Source: the human T2T-CHM13v2.0 reference genome, Homo sapiens
Reading direction: 5' to 3' (one strand)
DNA: 64,000 nt
NCBI RefSeq assembly: GCF_009914755.1
Contig: NC_060929.1
Shown: piece by piece, positions 55,935 through 64,000 of the stretch
Layout: the number at the start of each line of letters is the position of its first letter
How positions within the stretch are numbered: the first letter of the stretch is position 1
Notes under the pieces: model-generated
Told to the model about the DNA's origin: nothing
What the model saw: the letters and a program-made list of their open reading frames with translations, nothing else
The model's database searches: none
Made by a program: the position numbers and the translations under genes

Positions 55935-56023
55935 CTAGGCCTCACACTTACTGGCTGTGTGACCTTAAGCAGATGCTTAACCTCTCTGAGTCACTATTTC
56001 TACCCCTTTAAAAATTGGAGCAA
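55935..56023 (+). mobile_element. MIR, 5' half (continues at about 58190-58280 after the L1)
   Basis: cacttactggctgtgtgaccttaagcagatgcttaacctctctgag...aaaattggagcaa; resumes as aaaatggggcaataacaatatctacttcaagg...cctggcacatggtaagtgct. Confidence 0.75.
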
Positions 56024-58190
56024 CCTTCAGCTGACAAACAAATTGAGATAAGTTTCAGGATAAAAAATCAATGTAAAAAAATTACTAGCATTTCTAAACA
56101 CCAACAACAGCCAAGCCAAGAGCCAAATCAGGAATGCAATCGCATTCACAATTGCCACAGAAAGAATAAAATACCTAGGAATTCAGCTACCTAGGGAGCC
56201 GAAAGATCTCTACAATGAGAATTACAGAGCACTGCTCAAAGAAATTAGAGATGACACAAACAAATGGACAAAAATTCTATGCTCATGGATAGGAAGAATC
56301 AATATCATTAAAATGGCCATATTGCTCAAAGCAATTTACAGATTCAGTACTATTCCTGTAAAACTACCAATGATATTCTTCACAGAACTATAAAAAACTA
56401 TTTTAAAATTCATATGGAATAAAAAAAGAGCCCAAATAGCCAAGGCAATCCTAAGCAAAAGGAGCAAAATGGAGCCATCATGTTACCTGATTTTAAACTA
56501 TACTACAAAGCTACAGTAACCAAAACAGCATAGTATGAGTACAAAAACAGTCATATAAATCAATGAAACAGAACAGACAGCCCAGAAATAAGGCTGCACA
56601 TCTACAACCATCTGATCTTTGACAAAGCTGACAAAAACACATTGGGAAAAGACTCCCTATTTAATAAATGATGCTGGGATAACTGGCTTAGCCATATGCA
56701 GAAGATTGAAACTTTTTTACATCATGTAAAAAAATCAACCCAAGATGGATTAAAGCCTTAAATGTAAAACTCAAAACTATAAAAACCCTGGACGACAATC
56801 TAGGCAATACTATTCTGAACATAGGAACGGGGAAAGATTTCATGACAAAGACACTGAAAGCAATTGCAATAAAAGCAACAATCAGCAAATGGAATCTAAT
56901 TAAACTAAAGAGCTTGTGTGCAGCAAAACAAACTGTCAAAAGCGTGAACAGACAACCTGCAGAATGGGAGAAAATATTTGTATACTATGAATCTGACAAA
57001 AGTCTAATATCCAGCATATATGAGGAACTTAAATTTTCAAGAAAAAAACAACTTCATTAAAAAGTGGGCAAAGGAAATGAAAAGACATTTTTCAAAAGAA
57101 GACAGAGACGTAGCCAACAATCATATGACAAAAAGCTCAAATCACTAATCATTAGAGAAATGCAAATCAAAGCCACAGTGAGATGCTATCTCATACCAGT
57201 TAGAATGGCTATTAACAAGTCAAAAAATAACAGATGCTGGCGAGGTTGCAGAGAAGAGGGAACACATATACACTGTTGGTGGGAGTAAATTATTTCAACC
57301 ATTGTGTAAAACAGTGTGGCAATTCCTGAAAGAGCTAAAGACAGAAACTACCATTTGACCCAGCAATCTCATTAGTGGGTATATGCCCAGAGAAATATAA
57401 ATCGTTTAATTATAAAGACACATGCATGTAAATGTTCATTGCAGCACTATTCACAATAGCAAAGACATGGAATCAACCTAAATGCCCATCAATGACAGAT
57501 TGGATAAAGAAAATGTGGTACAAATATACCATGGAATATTATGCAGACATAAAAAAGTATGAAATCATGTCCTTTGCAGGGACATGGATGGAGCTAGAGG
57601 CTATTATCCTTAGCGAAATAACACAGGAACAGAAAACCAAATACCACATGCTTTCACTTACAAATGGGGCAAAAAAAACAAACACCGCATGTTCTCACTC
57701 ATAGGTGGGAATTGAACAATGAGAACACTTGGACACAGGAAGGGGAACATCACACACTGGGGCCTGTCGTGGGGTTGGGGGAGGGGTCGGGATAGCATTA
57801 GGAGATATACCTAATGTAAATGACGAGTTAATGGGTGCAGCACACCAACATGGCACATGTATACATATGTAACAAACCTGATGTTGTGCACACGTACCCT
57901 AGAACTTAAAGTATAATAATAAAAAATAAAATAAAATAAAGTGTTTTCAAAAGTTCACACACACAAAAAAACAAATAGTGCTAAATGATGGGAACTCATG
58001 GACATGAAGAAGGGAACAACAGACACTGGTGCCTTCTCAAGGTGGAGGGTGGGAGGAGGGAGAGGATAGAAAAAATAAATAGGCTTAGTGCCTGGGTGAC
58101 AAAATAGTCTGTACAACAAACCCCTATGACACTATTTTACCTAAATAACAAACCTGCACATGTACTCCCAAACCTAAATTAAAAGTTTAA
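56024..58190 (+). mobile_element. Older L1PA, 5'-truncated (ORF2 3' part plus 3'UTR)
   Basis: ORF2 remnants ([24 protein letters not shown]; MFIAALFTIAKTWNQPKCPS..WIKKMW); degenerate TSD aaaattggagcaa / aaaaatggggcaa. Confidence 0.93.
57671..57970 (+). mobile_element. Younger L1PA (PA3-PA5-like) 3' end nested in the older L1 3'UTR
   Basis: aaacaccgcatgttctcactcataggtgggaattgaacaatgagaacacttggacacaggaaggggaacatcacacac...cctagaacttaaagtataataataaa; TSD acaaatggggc (57660-57670) and acaaatagtgc (57971-57981). Confidence 0.88.
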
Positions 58191-58409
58191 AAAATGGGGC
58201 AATAACAATATCTACTTCAAGGTCATTACAAATTAATATATGTACCTGGCACATGGTAAGTGCTTGCATTACAGTAGTAATAGTTGCATTACCAGTTTTG
58301 AAATAAAGGAGAAAAAATTGATTGGGATGAAAATGTTTTCAATAACCCTATTCATAGAAGTAGAATTCTTGAGTCAAAAAGATGGGATTAAGAAAACTAA
58401 TCCTAATAC

Positions 58410-58720
58410 ACAGTTGTCCTCGTTATCTGCAGGGGATTGGTTCCAGGACCCTAGTGGATACCAAAATTTGTGTATGCTCAAGTCTTTTATATAAAATGGC
58501 ATAATATTTGCATATAATATATGCATATTATCTCATATACTTTAAATAATCTCTAGATTACTTATAATACCTAATAAAATGTAAATGGTATGTAAATGGT
58601 TGTCATAATGTTTTGTTTTTTAATTTGTGTTATTTTTCATTGTCTTTTTTTCAGAATATTTTAAATCTATAGTTGATTGAATTAAATGATGTGGAATCTC
58701 TGGATATAGAGGAACAACTG
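58410..58720 (+). mobile_element. MER2 MITE, complete
   Basis: cagttgtcctcgttatctgcaggggattggttccaggaccc...ggatatagaggaacaactg-ta, with terminal inverted repeats. Confidence 0.9.
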
Positions 58721-59084
58721 TACTTCTTTTTAACACTTCTTTTAAAGCATGTCTTAGAGATATTAGAAAAGTTACATTCATCTTTCACATTTTAGTTCTC
58801 CTAAAAGGACTATTTGAATTTACAGTTTTACCAAAAGGACCGAGAGTGCACAAGCCCTTAAATCCTTGATAATGTTGGGCCCTATCAATTTTTCCTTTTT
58901 GAGGCATAACGTTGTCATCTTAATTTGGTTTAAAGTTGATCATTATTTAATGTTTCATGGTCAATTTTTATTTTTTTATTTGAAATGTCTTTTCACACAA
59001 ATTGTCCTGAGTAAATAATAAATAAATAGAAAACTAGACTTTTGGCAACACCATAAAGAACAGAGAATAAAAGATACCATTCCA

Positions 59085-59291
59085 GGCTGGGCATGGTGGC
59101 TCACGCCTGTAAGCCCAGGACCTTGGGAGGCCTAGGTGAGCAGATCATTTGAGGTCAGGAGTTTGAGAACAGCCTGGCCAACATAGTGACACCCCATCTC
59201 TACTAAAAATACACAAATTAGTCAGGCATGGTGGTGCATGCCTGTAGTACCAGCTACTTGGGAGGCTGAGACAGGAGAAGTGTTTGAACTC
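59085..59291 (+). mobile_element. Alu, 3'-truncated in the right arm
   Basis: Left arm, linker and first part of the right arm, ending at ggagaagtgtttgaactc; no polyA or TSD. Confidence 0.9.
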
Positions 59292-59369
59292 TTGAAGGGA
59301 AAATATTTAAGAGAGACTAGAGACCGTTCAGGGATGCTGGAAAGGATTACAAACCAGACAAAGATGAAT

Positions 59370-59540
59370 GCATGTCTCACTACTCAAGTGTCCTCTGCAG
59401 ACCAACAGCATCAGCATCATATGGGAGCCTGTTAGACTTGCAGAATCTCATGCCCAGCTCAACCTCCTGAATCAGAGTGCACATTTCTACAAGACTCTCA
59501 GGAGATTTGTTTGCACATGAAAGTGTGAGGACTGCTGGAT
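59370..59540. mobile_element. MER5A MITE
   Basis: tactcaagtgtcctctgcagaccaacagcatcagcatca..gggagcctgttagacttgcagaatctc...tgcacatgaaagtgtgaggactgctg. Confidence 0.8.
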
Positions 59541-59924
59541 TAGATGACCTCAATAGTTCTTTCTGAACTGGTATGCTCCTGTGAGTCTAGGAATGATGTC
59601 CAAAGCAGAGAACTTGGGGCACGATGTCAGGGGAGCAGATCCCGTTTAGCTGGCGAGGCTGTTAGGGTTTTTCAAACTACTCCAGTCATGCTTGCATCAA
59701 GTTCTCAGAGGTACATGAGGTGATACTGGAAGAAATAGATGTTGTTTAATACAGGATCAATTTTGAGCTGTTGACTCTCAGAGCTGGAAGAAACTCAGGG
59801 ATCATCTAATTTGCAATTTTATTTTATACAAGAGGAACTGAAGGTTAGAGAAGGACAGTGACCTGTCCCAGGTTAAAATAAAAATTGATGACTTTTTCCT
59901 ACCTTAATTTCTGCCTAGGCTGGT

Positions 59925-60066
59925 TCATTCTCTCTCTAGCTCACTATTTCTGTCTCTATCTCTGTGTTTGTCTCTTGTCTTTCTCTCCTTTCTCTCTCTC
60001 CTCCCTCCCTCTCTCTTTCTCAATCTGTCACACACACAAACACACACACACACACACACACACACA
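59925..60066 (+). repeat. (CT)n-rich tract plus (CA)n microsatellite
   Basis: Direct reading. Confidence 0.9.
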
Positions 60067-60944
60067 GCCGAAATTAAACAACCTGCTTTTTAAATTGATC
60101 TGGTGCCTGTCCTTAGGGCCAAACAACAAAAGCAAGGAGAGGGGAGAATATAATATTGCAGAAGGAGTCTTTTCAGTGGTAGCAAAGCAGGCTGCAAGAG
60201 TAACGTGAACAGGAGCTGAAGTCAGAGGGAATATAAACTAAGAAGTCAGAAGGAACATAAACTAAGAATGCCAACAGGTATATGCTCTTCATTAGTTCTC
60301 CCTCAGACTTTTGAGCTGAGGTTTGTCATTGGTTATTTCAATAAAGAATCTAGGGTTATGATTGAGGCTATAGGAGAAAATGAGGAAGAACAGTGGATGA
60401 AAGTTCTAATCTCAGCAGTCAGACAGCCTGTATATAAATCCCAGTTCCACCACCAAAGGGGTCTATATGTGATATAATGAGGGTTTGCTTCAATGTCATA
60501 TGGATTTAAAAATCATCAATTATTTTTATTTCACCTACTCACAGGGTTGTTGTGAATTTCAATAATACTTTGAAAAAAAATGCTTGAGGCTTCCGGAGAT
60601 TTTTATAGTTTCTCGTTCAAATTGTCAGTATTTCCAATCAGCATGATATGGTTTGTAAAGACAGGGCACTATCTAACTTGTTCACTGCTCTACTCCCATG
60701 ACTAGCACAGTGCTGCAACATAAAAAGTGCGAAGAATACCGAGTCAAGCTTCAATGAGTGGATAGGTTTACACATGAAGGGAAGAGGAGGAAAAACAGAA
60801 AGGAGGAGAGCAGGCTAGCTTCCTGTGTGACATTAAGATCTAATTTGTGATCATTAGGTTTCCCATAGTTTTTTTTTCTATTCTTGCGGTTTGCTGTTTT
60901 TGTCATAGTTTTTGTTTTTTAGTGATAACACTAAATTAATTAAC

Positions 60945-61180
60945 AATGTAGTGAGGAAAACTTGAACTCTATAGTCAGGCAGACCAAGATTTAAGTTTGC
61001 TGCTTGAAACTATGTGACCTTGGACAAGTTACATTCTGTATCTGTGCATCAATTTTCTCATCAGTAAAATGGTGTTAATAATTTATAACTCATTAGGATT
61101 GTTGTGTGGATTAAATGGCAAAATGAATATAAATAGTTTAGTACAGGGCTTAGTATATAGTAAGCGTTAAATAAATGCTG
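60945..61180 (+). mobile_element. MIR
   Basis: ctatgtgaccttggacaagttacattctg...ttttctcatcagtaaaatgg...ggattgttgtgtggattaaatg. Confidence 0.8.
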
Positions 61181-62224
61181 TTTTCTTGCACTAAGAGTTC
61201 AAGGAGGCTAATCTACTAATGAAAAGATTTGATCAATGGCTGATACACTGGTACATGGTAGTCATCCCACAAGTGGTTTAAAATATTTAAAAATAGAAGG
61301 CATACATACGTTGACTTTTTTCTTTAATGACATTTTCGTTGAAGGCAATTTATGTGTCTGTCTTTTTTTATATGATTAAGTTTTAGGAGTTTTTGAAATC
61401 ATTTATTTGAAAATGTTGATTGTATAATTTCTGCTTTTTAAAATTATTGAGATATTTCTCTTTGCTCTGATATGATCAATTTTTGTAAATGTTGTATGAA
61501 AACTTGGAAAGAAGGTATATTTTTGGCATGAGATAAGATCTGTTCTATATGAATTTTAGTTTATGGATTATATATCAGTTAATTTTCTTTAATGGAAAGC
61601 TTTAATAATGCTGCAGAAGCAAATAAAAAAAAAGCTCTACAACTTATTTAATTGGAGAATACTGGGTGATTCACAGAATTAAAGGATGAGATAAATAGCC
61701 TAGTCTTGGGTGGGAAAGAAACGAGGGTAGCTCTGGGAGCCGAGCAGCAGATACTTGGGAGCATTAGCATCTTTGGGACACTACACTGTTGTCTGGGGCT
61801 CAACTCTATATTATCTCCCTTTGGATTTCTGCTTAAGGGTTAAATTCCCCGGGGAAAGAACAGAGTTGTCTTAGCTTAGATTTCTTGCCTAATATTGTGA
61901 TTGGCAGACAAGGACCAGGTTTCTACTGGAAAAAGGGAGGAAGAAGCCAGACAGGCAATAACTACAGAGATCCACTACCTGAGCTGTGACGTTTACATCT
62001 TTATATCCTTATTGCTGTGTTTCTCTTTGACCTGCCATGCTAAGTTCTGAGGGTGTTTAGGATGCAGAAAAATGGGAACATAGTTGTGATTCACTACATA
62101 TGAGAAGATAGCTGGGTTTGGGTTGAGAGTATTCTCTTTCCCTAGATTGGCCTGTCTATAAAGAAAGCATGTTATTAGTCTAGTATTAAAATCACTATTA
62201 GTACTGTCACCATCACCATTTGTT

Positions 62225-63390
62225 GAGTACTTTTTCATTTATTAATATTTAAGGTATTTGTCAGAAACTGTGCTTGGTACAGTTCTGCCCCCATGGAGTT
62301 GAGAATCTACTGACAGGATACTCATTTATTCAAATAAACTCTTAAATTGATGGACAATTAAAATTAGAATGTAATTATAATTTATGCTTGCATGATTATA
62401 ATTGGAATAACTATGATGAAAGAGAAATGCACGAAGTCTCAGGGAATATGTATTGTGGAGATTTGGCCTTCTCTGGCAGGACAGAGAAGATTGAGTAAGT
62501 CATGAATGTGGTGATATTAGAGGATATATAGGAGCTAATCAGGTGAAGAGAGCCCAGGGAGAAAATTTTAGACAAAGGTATCCATATGAAGAGGTTGCAG
62601 TTCTAGCAGAAGCATGATTCATTTGAGAAACCAAATGGAGGGTAATTTGGCTGGAGTATAGAGAGAAAATGGGAGTTATGTATGGAAAGTGCCTGGAGAG
62701 TGGGCTGTAACCATGCAGGATGTTATGGGTCATTTTAAGTTTTCTGGTGTTTAGCCTAAAAGCAATGTAAAGCTATTAGGTCATAACATGGGAGTGATAT
62801 GACCAGTTTTACATTTTGAAACAATACGTCCAGCTGTAGTATGAACACATTGGAGGGGTTAGGAGTAGATATGAGATATATCTGGAGCCAATTGTAGGAA
62901 TGTATGAGAAATAAGGGGGGCTTAAACTAGGGTTATGGATTAGAGGAAAAAGAAGTGGGCAGATGTAGGAGAAATTTAGGAAAGTACAACAGAAAAATGT
63001 GGTGGATTATGGAGGGTATAGAAGAGAGTGTCAATTATGATTTTTAGGTTTTGACTGGTATAATTGAATGGATGGTGGGCTCATTCTCATTGATAAAGAA
63101 CACTAAAAGAGTCCGAGCTTAGAGCAAAAAACCATGTGTAATTTTGAACTGGCTGGCTTGGATATACTTTTGTGATAGCCAGTGTGATAATCCAGGGGAG
63201 GTTAGATAAAAAGGCCTGGAATTCATAAAGGAGGCCTAAACCAGAGATTGTAATGCTTGAGACTTTCTTTGTAGGAGATAAAACTGTCAGTGTGGGTGAG
63301 TTGCCTGGGGAAAGAGAACAGACAAGAAGGTGACCTAGGTTTCGTTGTGAAGTACAAGGCAAGAGCTTCTGCTGAGAGTTATCAAGGAGG
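62225..63390 (-). mobile_element. L2 (antisense)
   Basis: ttcatttattaatattt...ctgcccccatggagttgagaatcta...gatttttaggttttgactgg...tggatggtgggc. Confidence 0.65.
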
Positions 63391-63399
63391 TGAGAGGGA

Positions 63400-63737
63400 G
63401 AGGGGCTTAGGATGAAAGAAAGGTAAGGGGCCAGGGAAATTTTTGAGGAATTGATAATATCAGCAAATGGGAAACTGTCACTTAGTCATATCAGCAAATG
63501 GGAAACTGAGTTAATGGGGAAAAGTTTTAAGTTTATTGGTGACAATAAAGGCCCTCTTTGGGCTGGTGTCCCCCTTAATGGGACTAGAATAAAAGAAAGG
63601 TAGGTGGCCCGGAAGAACTTTGAGGACTTAGTCATATCAGCAAATGGGAAATACTCAATTACTCATATCAGCAAAGGGGAAACTGAGTTAATAGGGAAAA
63701 ATTTCAAGTTTAATGGGGACAAACTTTAGGCTGGTCA
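63400..63737 (+). repeat. Diverged 177-bp tandem duplication; each unit holds a 31-bp internal tandem
   Basis: atatcagcaaa(t/g)gggaaa at 63457, 63488, 63634 and 63665; aaagaaaggta at 63415 and 63592. Confidence 0.88.
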
Positions 63738-64000
63738 AACACTCAGGCAACACACATTTGGTGAGCGGCCACTGTTCTGGCCCTTGGGAATATATGGTAA
63801 ATAACATGGTCTCTCTACTCTTGAGGAGCTACATGTTAGTGAGGAGAGTGGTGAGTGATGTAGGTGCTTTGGCGCCACAAGATAACTGGTGTTCCTTAAA
63901 AGCATGAATTTATTATTCAAGTACTTTTCCTAATAATGTGATTTCAGTCAGTCATATATGGCTGCTTGATTATAGTCATAGAGACAGTAGATAAAGTTTT

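Noticed and set aside
63457-63685. Repeat-spacer-like pattern resembling a CRISPR array
   Set aside because: Only four copies with irregular spacing, the intervening sequences are themselves duplicated, there are no cas genes, and the context is mammalian

Overview
Human-type (primate) genomic DNA, AT-rich and dense in interspersed repeats. It contains one protein-coding gene: the complete four-exon NMUR2 (neuromedin U receptor 2, a class A GPCR) on the minus strand. The CDS is 46079-45354, 39110-39026, 36550-36425 and 33468-33158, i.e. 726+85+126+311 = 1248 nt = 415 aa plus stop, and all introns are GT-AG. The rest is intronic or intergenic: Alus (including a consensus-like AluYa5), L1, L2, MIR, LTR/MaLR elements, DNA-transposon fossils (including a near-full-length Tigger1 whose 5' end lies at the likely NMUR2 3' end), and simple repeats. 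I found no rRNA, tRNA, CRISPR or prokaryotic-type system, and no evidence for a new protein-coding system; nearly all other ORFs in the track are repeat-derived or chance. The best second-look items are: a poly(A) signal apparently created by a small deletion inside Tigger1; a possible Alu-L1 chimeric insertion sharing one TSD; a three-level MIR/L1/L1 nest with a possible 3' transduction; a strong splice-acceptor-like site just upstream of the NMUR2 ATG; and several hierarchical tandem or inverted repeats. Repeat family names come from my recollection of consensus sequences, and boundaries of old repeats are approximate.
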